The translations under genes and the position numbers were made by a program. Below are positions 1 through 9,496 of a DNA stretch of 64,000 nt, one piece after another. Source of the stretch: a virus (lineage: Duplodnaviria; Caudoviricetes); IMG/VR virus record IMGVR_UViG_3300028412_000003. One strand, written 5' to 3'. The notes under the pieces are model-generated. The model was not told where the DNA came from and did no database searches. It saw only the letters and a list, made by a program, of their open reading frames with translations. Position 1 is the first letter of the stretch. The number at the start of each line of letters is the position of its first letter.

Positions 1-314
1 ATAATCTCCAATGTTTCGTATTTGTTTTTAATTTCAACATACCGAGTACCTGCTCTTTTAAGTTCGGGGTACTTTTCTTCCATTACAAGATCTCTTTCAA
101 CTATTAATAGTCGTTCTTGCAAATTGCGTATAGCTTCATCTACGTTTTCTATATTTGCTGTAGATAGATATGATGAAAAGAGTACATCAGCGTCTATTCT
201 ATCACATCTTATATTACCATTAATTCTCACTTCTGGAATAGAATCAAAGTTATTACGAATAGTATCAGATATTTTTGTTCCCGAACTTGCTATTGGATTA
301 ATTGTTAATCCCAT
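1..314 (-). CDS. Hypothetical protein, runs off the window end (MGLTINPIASSG...MEEKYPELKRAGTRY...)
   Basis: Translated by hand. ATG at 314 overlaps the upstream TAA, GAGGTG RBS upstream, frame open to position 1; absent from the ORF track because it is truncated. Confidence 0.75.
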   Translation of the reverse strand, partial: MGLTINPIASSGTKISDTIRNNFDSIPEVRINGNIRCDRIDADVLFSSYLSTANIENVDEAIRNLQERLLIVERDLVMEEKYPELKRAGTRYVEIKNKYETLEI

Positions 315-628
315 TATATTTCACCTCTGTCTTTTCTTCCATCGTAATCATCTTTTGACATCATATACAATAATTTAAATTTTTCATATTGAGAAGCTAA
401 TGGAGGATAATGTTCACACATTTCTTTTATCTTTTCGAGTGGAGGCATATAATTTTCAAAATCTATTTCCTTTTCATCTATACCTGTTTTTATAGTATAA
501 ATGATATCAGATGTGTTTATTTTATTGATCGTCATACTAGGCTGATAGTACATATTAAAATCGGTATAATAATTTAAATCTGTACTTATATTGAAAACCG
601 TGTCATAGTTCTTATCGCTCGAATTCAT
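314..628 (-). CDS. Hypothetical protein
   Basis: 104-aa ORF tightly packed with neighbours on the coding strand. Confidence 0.7.
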   Translation of the reverse strand: MNSSDKNYDTVFNISTDLNYYTDFNMYYQPSMTINKINTSDIIYTIKTGIDEKEIDFENYMPPLEKIKEMCEHYPPLASQYEKFKLLYMMSKDDYDGRKDRGEI

Positions 629-1706
629 TTATTACCTCGTAAATTCTATCTCCATTAAAGAATTCTTGCTCTAACATCCTACATTGAATTGCAATTTTAG
701 GAATGTATGTAGAATAATTCTCTATATATTCTTTAATTTGATTTTTAATCAGTTCTTGATTTTCTATATAATTGTCAAAACTAGAAGTCCAATTAGAAGG
801 ATATTTAAAATCATATATTGCCATTTCAGTGTATGAAAGACGATTTGGTACCATTGGAATACAATTAACTTGAAGTCCTTCATACCAACTTATGCCTAGT
901 GTTTCTTGTAGGTTAGCAGAAAAAACTATTTTAGCTCTTCCTAAGAGATTATAATATTCGTTCTTTGTAAGAGTTTGATCTTGACAAACAATAAACTCAT
1001 ATTCTGGCATATGCTGTTTGAGATCACGAAAGATCTCAACTTGTTTTTCGGGTGCAATGCGATGGGGGAAAAGAATTAAATTTTCTTTTGGCATTCCTTT
1101 ATATTGTGTTAATGATCCTGATAGATATTCCATCGGCCATCCTGCACGAACAATAGTGTCATTTGCTAATTTAGGATCAGTTATATCCCATCCTTTACCA
1201 TTATCCCATCCAAATATTCCATTAGAAAACATTTGGATATGGTAATCGGTTGCAAAGAAGTTATGATCGTAACTGCTGAACATTGAATGTTCAGCAGAAC
1301 GAATCCAGGGTTGGTCACCAATTAATCGACCAAGGAAATCTTGTGGATCATAACTTCCTGCATGCCACATCCCACCAATTTTAATGTGTATTCCTAGCAA
1401 GGAAGCCATATACTTTAATTGTATAACGGTTGGATTCCATGCATCAGTGTACAAGAAATAATCATTATTCTTTATTTGACCATTACAAAACAATTCACCA
1501 ATTTGCATTAACTGATTGCTTTTGTAGATATTAGTTCCGCCAAAGTTTAAAAAGGCACCTGGCGTTGTAGATTGAGGAACATCTCCTCCAGAGATTACAA
1601 CTACTTCTTCAGTTGTTCTCTTTTGTATTTGCTTTGGAAGATACTCTTTCCATTGTTTAGTATAGCGATTATCAACCGCCTCAATATCTACAATATAAAT
1701 GGTCAT
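612..1706 (-). CDS. GT-B fold glycosyltransferase (possible DNA or base glycosyltransferase)
   Basis: C-terminal FPHRIAPEKQ and SANLQETLGISWYEG match the GT-B/GT4-type donor-binding E-x7-E region; N-terminal Rossmann-like strand IYIVDIE. Confidence 0.75.
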   Translation of the reverse strand: MTIYIVDIEAVDNRYTKQWKEYLPKQIQKRTTEEVVVISGGDVPQSTTPGAFLNFGGTNIYKSNQLMQIGELFCNGQIKNNDYFLYTDAWNPTVIQLKYMASLLGIHIKIGGMWHAGSYDPQDFLGRLIGDQPWIRSAEHSMFSSYDHNFFATDYHIQMFSNGIFGWDNGKGWDITDPKLANDTIVRAGWPMEYLSGSLTQYKGMPKENLILFPHRIAPEKQVEIFRDLKQHMPEYEFIVCQDQTLTKNEYYNLLGRAKIVFSANLQETLGISWYEGLQVNCIPMVPNRLSYTEMAIYDFKYPSNWTSSFDNYIENQELIKNQIKEYIENYSTYIPKIAIQCRMLEQEFFNGDRIYEVINEFER

Positions 1707-1897
1707 CTCTTGTACCTATTATCTCTTGTTTGCCGTGGTCTACCTTTGCTTCTAGTATAAACCTGGTATGCTCTCCAACTATCACTAGAATTCTTATAAA
1801 GATCTGCCTCATTAAAAACCTTGCCATTAAAACGACAATAATCTCGGAATTGATCTAAATCATCAAATATCCGTTCGAGTTCAATTTTCATTCTCAT
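1703..1897 (-). CDS. Small hypothetical protein
   Basis: ORF in operon; start trimmed to the ATG after AAGG (MRMKIELE). Confidence 0.6.
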   Translation of the reverse strand: MRMKIELERIFDDLDQFRDYCRFNGKVFNEADLYKNSSDSWRAYQVYTRSKGRPRQTRDNRYKR

Positions 1898-2315
1898 CCT
1901 TTCTTGGATAAAATAGTGTGGCACCATTTTCGCCGTCTTCTGCTACTTCTATTTCTACAAAGCGACCGGGGTACCTTTTATTAATTTGCTTATATAAATC
2001 ATCTGCTATCATTTCGCAAGACCTATGATTTAATTCAAGTTTTTCTTGATATAATGATTCTAACCAACGCTTAAATTGTATAAATTCAATATCTCTATCG
2101 TTGTGAAACACTTCAATTCGAACACGAAAATGAAATAAATGTCTATGTTCGTATCCTAAGAAACTAACATCATATTCATCTCCGGTCGCAAGAGCAGCAT
2201 TAGTGTCTGCTCCGGGATAAAAATGTATTCCTTCTTTCCTAAAAGTAATCCAAATACTTCTTATTGGATCTAAGTTATTCTTTTCTGGTTCTTTATTAAA
2301 CCAATAATTCTTCAT
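1881..2315 (-). CDS. QueD-paralogous T-fold protein, DpdL-like (candidate CDG decarboxylase)
   Basis: LGYEHRHLF fits the LxxxHRHxF signature I recall for DpdL, versus CxxxHG[HY] in QueD; SCEMIA and EVAEDGENGA align with QueD C-terminal motifs; lies near a DpdA/TGT-like gene. Confidence 0.6.
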   Translation of the reverse strand: MKNYWFNKEPEKNNLDPIRSIWITFRKEGIHFYPGADTNAALATGDEYDVSFLGYEHRHLFHFRVRIEVFHNDRDIEFIQFKRWLESLYQEKLELNHRSCEMIADDLYKQINKRYPGRFVEIEVAEDGENGATLFYPRKDENEN

Positions 2316-2848
2316 TATGATATTATCTCGTCTTTTGTATATTTTGACCAGTCTGTAAATACTCGTCTGTCTTGTAAATCATGGATTGGATGAACCCATA
2401 CGCCTGGATTTGATTTACGAAAGTCACTGTCATCTATTTTTAGGCAGGCGTTATAATTTAATGATTTAATGTTTGGTATCTTTACACTTATGAGAGGAAT
2501 AAAACGATCATACTCTCCCCAACAAAACTCAGTTACAAACTCGTGATATTTAATATCATAATCGAGTGTAAACCACATTTCACTCTTTGATAGCTCTTTC
2601 ATTAAATTAGTCCAATATTTTATTTCTTCGTCTGTACCATTTGGTAAAGTAGGATTAAACGATTGATTAGCCCCAAGATAAATGTGTTCACAACCTTTTA
2701 TTCTAGCATATTCTAATATATCTTCTGCTAGTGGTTTCTTAGTAAGAAACAATGTTTTCATTCCATAAGCAGGAGTATGTTCTACTTCAACACCTATAAA
2801 AGTGGAAACATCATTAGAAGTTACGTTTCCTGAGTATTGTCTTTCCAT
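2315..2848 (-). CDS. Conserved phage hypothetical protein in the base-modification cluster
   Basis: 177-aa ORF, translationally coupled; no motif recognised. Confidence 0.7.
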   Translation of the reverse strand: MERQYSGNVTSNDVSTFIGVEVEHTPAYGMKTLFLTKKPLAEDILEYARIKGCEHIYLGANQSFNPTLPNGTDEEIKYWTNLMKELSKSEMWFTLDYDIKYHEFVTEFCWGEYDRFIPLISVKIPNIKSLNYNACLKIDDSDFRKSNPGVWVHPIHDLQDRRVFTDWSKYTKDEIIS

Positions 2849-3015
2849 TGTAATTCTTTCTCTACTTTAAATAATTCATCTTTTATTGCTAATTTTTTGA
2901 TTTTAAGTTTGCTTATTTCTTCTGTAGGCAGTTTATTATTATAAGCGTCTTTCACTTGTTTGTCAAGAATATTATGTTTTTCAGTTAATGATTCTATACG
3001 ATTAGTCAAGGTCAT
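2821..3015 (-). CDS. DUF465/YdcH-like small coiled-coil protein
   Basis: RIESLTEKHNILDKQV...ISKLKIKKLAIKDEL matches the DUF465 pattern L..kH..Ld..I.....l..LK+.KL.lKDe. Confidence 0.6.
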   Translation of the reverse strand: MTLTNRIESLTEKHNILDKQVKDAYNNKLPTEEISKLKIKKLAIKDELFKVEKELQWKDNTQET

Positions 3016-4600
3016 TCTCTAATTTCTCCAATAACTCTTCATTTTCTTCTGTGAAGGTTTCTTCTTGTGTAACAGTTTCTTCTTCTTCAAAAAGACTATG
3101 AAAAAATGTTGTTGAGTTAATGGTCTTCTTACCAATTGCACCTCGTGTACCAGGAATATCCATCCAATATGCACGATGCTCTTCAACTAACGCTTCTGCC
3201 TTTTCTCTGTCGTCTGTAGCAAAAATATCTTCAACTATATCACGAAAAAATTCTCTCTTATAAGTTCGAAACTTCTTTCCGTGTAATTTCGAAGCAATTA
3301 GCATATGTGGAAATGTACCAGAATCACACATTCTATTAGCTTCCTGTACTGCATTGATATGAGACCAAACATTATGTCCCATTTGTATAGCATATGAAAA
3401 GCTGTCCCAAGAAGTTCTTCCTTCTTTACCTATTTTATTTAGGTCTCCCGGCTTATAGATACACACGTCTGATACCCCTAATCCATCTGTTATAGGAGAA
3501 TCAACGAAGTCTCTAGTTATTAATACATTGCCGGCTGAATCTTTCTTATCAAAAATACCATCTTGTAAAACAGTATCACGAAATCCACGAGGATCAGTTG
3601 CATATTTTTTGTTATCAATACTTGGTAACATTCGATATGTCCATTTACCCATAGGTTCTGTTTCAGTCTGTAAATAAATTTGTCCATTAGCAGTAGCTAA
3701 GAAAGGACTTGCACAATCAAATGTTATTGTATAATTTTCATTATGATGTTTTCGAACTGCACGCTGTATATCTGTTAACAAACATGCCCATTCTAATTTT
3801 GAAGTACCCAAAAAGTGCATAAAATCATGAACACCCTTTTCTAAATATCCATCAAAACGAAGTGCAATCAAACGCTTTAACACAAGGTGGACATCACACA
3901 TATTTTGTCCACCCATTGACCATCCTTCAAAATGTTCATTTGGATATTTCTTTGGATCACAAAAATCACGCATCTGAAAATACCAATCGTCGGCTTCTTG
4001 AAATGTTTCACCCTGCAGAACGTTTAGAAATTTACAATTACCATTTCTATTCTTAATAAAATAATCATTATTAATTCTAGTAGCGTCAACTGCTCCTTGA
4101 TATGAATTAATACCTGTTGCCGCTGCACCTGCAGGTGAACGAGCTACCCAGGCCGGAATATCTAATATCATTCCGTAATCCATATATTTGTCCATCCAAC
4201 TAAGAACATCTGTTCTTTTCTTCATTGCTTTAGGACAACTTGGATCCTTCCAATTGCCTTCCCACACTCCCTTACCAATCTGGAAACCACCACTGTCACC
4301 AAGTACCCAAGAATTTTCACGATCTCTATTTCGGATCATATCTTCTTTAGGTGAATCCTTATTAACATCTAATTCAGCATGTCCTGCTGAATAAAGTGAC
4401 CATTTGTAATGAAATGCTCCTTCTTTTTTATTTAGGTAATTGAGACTTTCAACTCCGTTGTTAAAATTAGAAGGTATACGAGTCTTATCTACATATTCAC
4501 CAAAGCGTTGTTTACCTACATAAGTGGCATAGAAACCACTTAATGCAGGAAGAAAAAACGCATAATCGTTTTGTGTTGAGGTTAAATCTCTGTTAATCAT
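3002..4600 (-). CDS. dpdA: DpdA/TGT-like guanine transglycosylase (probably inserts a 7-deazaguanine into DNA)
   Basis: Catalytic TGT motif DSGGFQ, MILDIP, VLQG, HFLG and TFDCASP are TGT/DpdA-fold motifs; sits directly upstream of the clamp and polymerase. Confidence 0.7.
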   Translation of the reverse strand: MINRDLTSTQNDYAFFLPALSGFYATYVGKQRFGEYVDKTRIPSNFNNGVESLNYLNKKEGAFHYKWSLYSAGHAELDVNKDSPKEDMIRNRDRENSWVLGDSGGFQIGKGVWEGNWKDPSCPKAMKKRTDVLSWMDKYMDYGMILDIPAWVARSPAGAAATGINSYQGAVDATRINNDYFIKNRNGNCKFLNVLQGETFQEADDWYFQMRDFCDPKKYPNEHFEGWSMGGQNMCDVHLVLKRLIALRFDGYLEKGVHDFMHFLGTSKLEWACLLTDIQRAVRKHHNENYTITFDCASPFLATANGQIYLQTETEPMGKWTYRMLPSIDNKKYATDPRGFRDTVLQDGIFDKKDSAGNVLITRDFVDSPITDGLGVSDVCIYKPGDLNKIGKEGRTSWDSFSYAIQMGHNVWSHINAVQEANRMCDSGTFPHMLIASKLHGKKFRTYKREFFRDIVEDIFATDDREKAEALVEEHRAYWMDIPGTRGAIGKKTINSTTFFHSLFEEEETVTQEETFTEENEELLEKLENDLD

Positions 4601-5328
4601 TTAGCCTGCGCTGGAAGAATATAATCGTATGTAGCTAATCCGCTATCAACAGATATCTTCATTGCGCCCTGATCTGATAATCTCATAGTTATCTTACCAT
4701 CTAAGCTAAGTATAGCAAGGGTTTGAGCAACAGGCCAAGACCATGTGTGCTTTAATTCACCTGTTATATTACTTTGAAAAATAAATTTTCCTGCATGTGA
4801 TGATTCATCACCAAATGTCATTACTAATGCACCGTCTTCGGTTTTAACATTAACTATTAATTCATCTGGATTTCCAGCAGCCTGTAACTTCATTCTTCTT
4901 ATAGAATCAATAGCGGGTTCAAGTTCAACGTTCCATGTTGCTCCCTTAAACTTCACATTCTTTAATTTTTCTTCAATGTGAGCTTGATTCATAAATCTAT
5001 AATCATTTTCAAAATCACCATTTGAATTCTCAAAATGAATATGTGTATTGATAGTTTCTCCCTTTCGAACATCAGTCTTAATTTCAAGAACACTATCTTT
5101 TTCGTATTCTGGATTTTTTAGATGAAAAGCCAGAAGTCCTAAGTTTGGCATGCCAAACGTACCAATAAATTCATCAACCTTATTTTTAGTTGCAGCCATT
5201 AGTATAACTGTTCTATCTTCAGACATAGTTTCAATTTTAGTCTTGTCTTCTTCGTTTGTCACCTTAACTAGGGATAAGAACCCCAATGAATGTGTATGCG
5301 CTATAATATCTTTAAGTATATCTTTCAT
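4597..5328 (-). CDS. DNA polymerase sliding clamp (gp45/PCNA-like)
   Basis: About 243 aa, clamp-like pattern (FGMPNL...; C-terminal YDYILPA), adjacent to polB; start moved to the ATG at 5328 with GGAG RBS. Confidence 0.7.
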   Translation of the reverse strand: MKDILKDIIAHTHSLGFLSLVKVTNEEDKTKIETMSEDRTVILMAATKNKVDEFIGTFGMPNLGLLAFHLKNPEYEKDSVLEIKTDVRKGETINTHIHFENSNGDFENDYRFMNQAHIEEKLKNVKFKGATWNVELEPAIDSIRRMKLQAAGNPDELIVNVKTEDGALVMTFGDESSHAGKFIFQSNITGELKHTWSWPVAQTLAILSLDGKITMRLSDQGAMKISVDSGLATYDYILPAQAK

Positions 5329-5350
5329 ATTATTCTCCGTATGATTTATT

Positions 5351-5379
5351 ATATTACTATGAATTTTTCGTATTGTCAA
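5351..5379 (-). promoter_or_regulatory. sigma70-type promoter TTGACA-N17-TAATAT
   Basis: Direct match upstream of the clamp/dpdA operon. Confidence 0.7.
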
Positions 5380-5396
5380 GAAAAATCATCTTTTGA

Positions 5397-8063
5397 TTAA
5401 TCTCCAAAATCAAATAAACTTCCAAATGTTGTGTCTTGTTTTGTAGATTCGATGTCATAATTCAAGACACCTATTAAGTTATCAATTTTATTATCAATGA
5501 TAGTATTTTCCATTGCTCTGTCATCAAAAGGTAAATCCTTAAACCATTGCGGTAAGCGTAGTTCGTCTGTTGGAAATGCAACACTTGTAAATCCTAATGG
5601 ATTTGGCCTTAGTTTACAAACGATAACTTTCATTCCATCAACTATGTCTTGGCTGTAACGATCACTATTCATTCTTTTTAAAGTATTCCAATTAAGTGAT
5701 GCACGAACGTGTCCTGGCATATTTGCCTTTCCTTTTTCTTCTTCTAAATCTCGAAATTTACTTAGGTTGTTAACACGTTTGGGAGTTCCTTTTTCCCAAC
5801 CAGGCCGTTCCTTAAATAGACTACGAAAATCTTCAATCTTTTTTAAAATTTCGTTTTCGTCTTTTGTTGTTAAAACCATAAGTAGAATATCCTTAAGGAA
5901 GTCTTGCATAAAAACCGGAGTATCTGATCGCCGCAAATCTAATCCCATTGCTTTAACCTTACCAATTTGACCGTCTATATCTTTTCTGTTACCGTCGTCG
6001 TCAATTACTAGGGCAGCATATCTTTTCTTAGTAATATACAATCCACTCTGTGCAACAATTTCTCTACCTGCTGCAATAACACCTGAGCGAGATTTAGGAC
6101 AATGATATGCATCAGCCATAAATCTAGTAAATGATTTATTTGTTTCTTCTGCTACTTGATCATATAACTGAATTATACGTTCCTTTTCCCAAGGAATAGT
6201 ACCATTGTCTATTTCGTCTTTTAGTATAGGATAAGCACTAAAATAAACAGAATCGGTATCACCGTATATAACAGCCTTACCAACGTGGTCATATTCTCCT
6301 GTTATTACTTCGTTTGCCTTTGCACTCATATGTTGAACAATTCCTCTACCAGTAAGTGTAGTTGATTGACCAATTCTTTTATCAAAGAACCTACAACCTG
6401 GATTTAAGATAGCACCATATAAGCTATTCAAATTAATCTTCTTAACAAGCTGACGCTTGTCCCAAAAGGCTATTTCGGTTTTATTGTTGGCATCAATTGC
6501 CTTTTTTAATTTTGCTTGTAATTCTTTACGTTCTGAATACCAACGTTTTAGAAGTCCAGGAATGACAGCTTCGAATTCATTTGTAAAAATAGTACCATTA
6601 GCACTAATCATCCAAGGATTGTTACTATTGAATATAAGTTCGTAGGTTTCTGCACCGCTAAGTACATCAACATCTCCGTTCTCCCAATCGATGGTAATAT
6701 CTTTACCTCTATTTTTTTCTATCATATGTTTGTATTCAATAGAACTAAACAATCCTTCCCATGCTCCTGCAAAAGACTTCTTCTCAAAAGTCATCTTTTC
6801 TTTTATATAAGCATCGGTATCGGTTGGTCGTAATTGGCCAACTACTGCTTCCGGAGCCATATTCAATGCACGAATAACAGATGGATATAGTGAATTTAAA
6901 TCCATTGATGCTAACCACATATGCAAGCCTTTCTTTGGATAAGCAACATATGCTCCGGCTGCACTTGAATTCTCTCGGTCAACAACTGGACGATTAGGAA
7001 CTACCATTCCTCTATCATGTGCTTCGTTTATGATAGCCTGTTCGGTAACTGCAACTGCTCCCATAGTAGTTTGCAATAAAACAGTATTAGAATGAGCTAG
7101 TTCGTTTGACAAATCAATAAAGCGAAGTTTACGATCAAGTTTATCAAGCAACGAAGTATCTTGTCTGTTATATTCAATAAACTTTTTAAAGTCATTATTA
7201 TATAATTGATCAAGTGTTCCTTCGTATACTGTTTTGTTTTCACCTATTTCAATTTCACCAATAGCATCCAACCGATAAGAATGTCTTTCTTCATAATTAT
7301 ATTTACGATACAATTCTAAACTATCGAGATGAACTCTGCCAATTAAATCAAATGTTACTGCTTCTTTACCGTATTTTTCATAGAGTCGTTTCTTTGGAAG
7401 TTGATCCCATAAACAAAATCTTCTAGTATCATTCTTACTTAATACTCTTGCAACACGGTTAACTGTATACGGAATATCATATCCTTCACTATTCCAACCA
7501 GTTAACATATCGGCATCTTCTATTAGATCAAGAAATGCAGATAACATTTCACCTTCGTCACTGTAGAGATAGGTATTAGGAAAATCTTTAACTTGCTCTT
7601 CTGCATCTTTCATACTAAGCCCCTTTGGAGGCATAGCAAGGGTGACTAGTGTATCCATCCATTGTAAACAAACACTAATAGCAGTGATTGGCATAAATGG
7701 ATCACTTGGCTGAGCAAATCCTTTTTCTGGATCAAAGTCAGTCTCAATATCAAAAAATGCAATATTAAGTTCTGGTGCATCTGCAGTGAGGTAATTCTCA
7801 CTTAAACATTGAAAAATAGGATTAATGTCGCTTTCAAATAAAGTTTTGCTTTTATTGATCGCTACTTCTTTTCTAAATTCCTTTGTATTTTTACAAACTA
7901 TTCTTGTTACTGGATCACCGTAAACACTTCGTTGTTTACCAGCTGGATCCTTATAATAGAATGTATATTTAATAGGATATTCTTTAAATATCCTCTTGCC
8001 TTCTTTACGTTCAACGACACGAATAATATCCGCATCTCTATCAAACATTGCATCAATGTACAT
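5397..8063 (-). CDS. Family B DNA polymerase (gp43-like) with 3'-5' exonuclease
   Basis: FFDIETD (ExoI), SMDLNSLYPS, KKINLNSLYG, YGDTDS, KKRYA; no intein-sized insertion. Confidence 0.97.
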   Translation of the reverse strand: MYIDAMFDRDADIIRVVERKEGKRIFKEYPIKYTFYYKDPAGKQRSVYGDPVTRIVCKNTKEFRKEVAINKSKTLFESDINPIFQCLSENYLTADAPELNIAFFDIETDFDPEKGFAQPSDPFMPITAISVCLQWMDTLVTLAMPPKGLSMKDAEEQVKDFPNTYLYSDEGEMLSAFLDLIEDADMLTGWNSEGYDIPYTVNRVARVLSKNDTRRFCLWDQLPKKRLYEKYGKEAVTFDLIGRVHLDSLELYRKYNYEERHSYRLDAIGEIEIGENKTVYEGTLDQLYNNDFKKFIEYNRQDTSLLDKLDRKLRFIDLSNELAHSNTVLLQTTMGAVAVTEQAIINEAHDRGMVVPNRPVVDRENSSAAGAYVAYPKKGLHMWLASMDLNSLYPSVIRALNMAPEAVVGQLRPTDTDAYIKEKMTFEKKSFAGAWEGLFSSIEYKHMIEKNRGKDITIDWENGDVDVLSGAETYELIFNSNNPWMISANGTIFTNEFEAVIPGLLKRWYSERKELQAKLKKAIDANNKTEIAFWDKRQLVKKINLNSLYGAILNPGCRFFDKRIGQSTTLTGRGIVQHMSAKANEVITGEYDHVGKAVIYGDTDSVYFSAYPILKDEIDNGTIPWEKERIIQLYDQVAEETNKSFTRFMADAYHCPKSRSGVIAAGREIVAQSGLYITKKRYAALVIDDDGNRKDIDGQIGKVKAMGLDLRRSDTPVFMQDFLKDILLMVLTTKDENEILKKIEDFRSLFKERPGWEKGTPKRVNNLSKFRDLEEEKGKANMPGHVRASLNWNTLKRMNSDRYSQDIVDGMKVIVCKLRPNPLGFTSVAFPTDELRLPQWFKDLPFDDRAMENTIIDNKIDNLIGVLNYDIESTKQDTTFGSLFDFGD

Positions 8064-8073
8064 ATATTTCTCC

Positions 8074-8352
8074 TTAACTGTTAGATGGGGTAGTCATAAA
8101 ATATTTTGTTATTTCAATATCCTTTATGACTATTAGATCTTTTGGATATTTCATTGAAATAGATCTCCAACTTTGATATTCTGTTGAAGCAGGTTTAACA
8201 GAAATCATTTTAGGATTAATACTTTCAACAGAACATATACGAAGATCTCTAGTACCATAAGGTGCTGCAACAAAATCACCTACCTTGATAATTTTACCTA
8301 ATTTGTCTTTGTGTTCTATAACTGGTTTAACGGTTTTACTGGTCTTTGCCAA
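8074..8352 (-). CDS. Hypothetical protein (SH3/KOW-like)
   Basis: DKLGKIIKVGDFVA pattern typical of small phage beta-barrel proteins. Confidence 0.6.
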   Translation of the reverse strand: MAKTSKTVKPVIEHKDKLGKIIKVGDFVAAPYGTRDLRICSVESINPKMISVKPASTEYQSWRSISMKYPKDLIVIKDIEITKYFMTTPSNS

Positions 8353-8596
8353 CGGTTACTACAATCGTTTCTAAATCTTCAAACTCATCATGATGCTTAT
8401 CCCAATCACGCTTGTGCGCAATCTTTATAGCCTTCTTTATGAGTGATGGTTTAACTTCTAGTTCTTCTGCTACTGCTTTAATTGTTTCACTTAGACCTTC
8501 GGTTAGGTCTTCGATTTCTTGGAGCACAGTGACTCCTTCATTAACTAAGCGCTCTAGCTTAGCCTTTTCTTCTGTACCATAAGTACGACTTGACAT
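8336..8596 (-). CDS. DsbA-like dsDNA-binding protein (T4 DsbA/GapR-like)
   Basis: 86-aa helical protein (IKAVAEELEVKPSLIKKAIKIAHK...FEDLETIV) resembling T4 DsbA; GGAGG RBS. Confidence 0.6.
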   Translation of the reverse strand: MSSRTYGTEEKAKLERLVNEGVTVLQEIEDLTEGLSETIKAVAEELEVKPSLIKKAIKIAHKRDWDKHHDEFEDLETIVVTVGKDQ

Positions 8597-8621
8597 TTAA
8601 TACCTCCTAGTAATATAATTA

Positions 8622-8650
8622 AATATACTAGAGATATCATCATTTGTCAA
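8622..8650 (-). promoter_or_regulatory. sigma70-type promoter TTGACA-N17-TATATT
   Basis: Direct match upstream of the dsbA-like/polB operon. Confidence 0.75.
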
Positions 8651-8653
8651 TCA

Positions 8654-9484
8654 TTATTTTTTATTAGAAGTTTCCATTGGAATCTTACCACGAGCAGCTT
8701 TTTTATTGGCAGTTTTCTTTTTATCTGCCATAGAGCTGGTAGGCTTATGAAATGTATTTCTGTTCTTAACACGATCCTTATCAGGATCCCCTGTTAATCC
8801 CTTTCCTTTAAGATACGATTTGTTCATTGTATCTTTTTTAGCTTCGTCGATTGAATTCATAGAATTCAATCTTTCTTCTAAAGATCCCTTGTATTCATCG
8901 CCGCCTGCTTCGAATGCCTTACGAACTCTTTCCTTAGCTTCCATTCTAGCATTAGTTTCAAGATTTTCATATTCTAAATGATGATAAACAGAATCAAGGA
9001 ATTCAGCAGACTTGGTTATCTTAGCTTGTACCCAACTTTCTAAATCAGTATGCGGATCCATTGCTTTCATCATCTCGTGTAGCTTAATTGCATATTTTGC
9101 TATCTTATATAATTCCGAACGAGCCATCTGTACTTCGTGATCTTTTTCAGCATTGTGAGCCATATCACCAAGGCCTTCTTTAACATTAGATGATTCTAAT
9201 TTGCTGCTATTCTTTCTCATGTAATCATATGCAGCATCTTTACTTGGTAATGTTTTCACCGTCTTCCCCTTAGAATTAACAACGCGCCAGCGGTATTTCC
9301 CCATTCTGACAACATTTGGTTTTTTACTTTTTACAGAAACAGGACTTTTCTTCTTTTCATCTTTTCCTAAGAACGCATCAACTGCTTTTTCGGCACGATC
9401 CGTCCCAAGACCACCGCCGGCTTTTGCCGCCTTGTAGCCAGTACCTACTGTCCAGTCGCTCATTTTTTCTGTAACATATCTCAT
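8654..9484 (-). CDS. Putative virion/internal head protein
   Basis: Late promoter 4 nt before the ATG; several hydrophobic-x-E sites (VTEK, VKEG, IDEA) resembling prohead protease sites; basic C-terminus. Confidence 0.55.
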   Translation of the reverse strand: MRYVTEKMSDWTVGTGYKAAKAGGGLGTDRAEKAVDAFLGKDEKKKSPVSVKSKKPNVVRMGKYRWRVVNSKGKTVKTLPSKDAAYDYMRKNSSKLESSNVKEGLGDMAHNAEKDHEVQMARSELYKIAKYAIKLHEMMKAMDPHTDLESWVQAKITKSAEFLDSVYHHLEYENLETNARMEAKERVRKAFEAGGDEYKGSLEERLNSMNSIDEAKKDTMNKSYLKGKGLTGDPDKDRVKNRNTFHKPTSSMADKKKTANKKAARGKIPMETSNKK

Positions 9485-9488
9485 AACG

Positions 9489-9496
9489 TATTTATC
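9489..9496 (-). promoter_or_regulatory. Late promoter GATAAATA, leaderless (CGTT-ATG)
   Basis: TAAATA core 4 nt before the ATG at 9484; no SD. Confidence 0.65.

Noticed and set aside
22-378. 118-aa plus-strand ORF
   Set aside because: Antisense shadow of the real minus-strand gene 1-314, which has an RBS and a coupled start.
5397-8063. Intein or intron in polB (also checked thyA and the ligase)
   Set aside because: Lengths are normal, motifs are contiguous, no splicing-domain or LAGLIDADG motifs seen.
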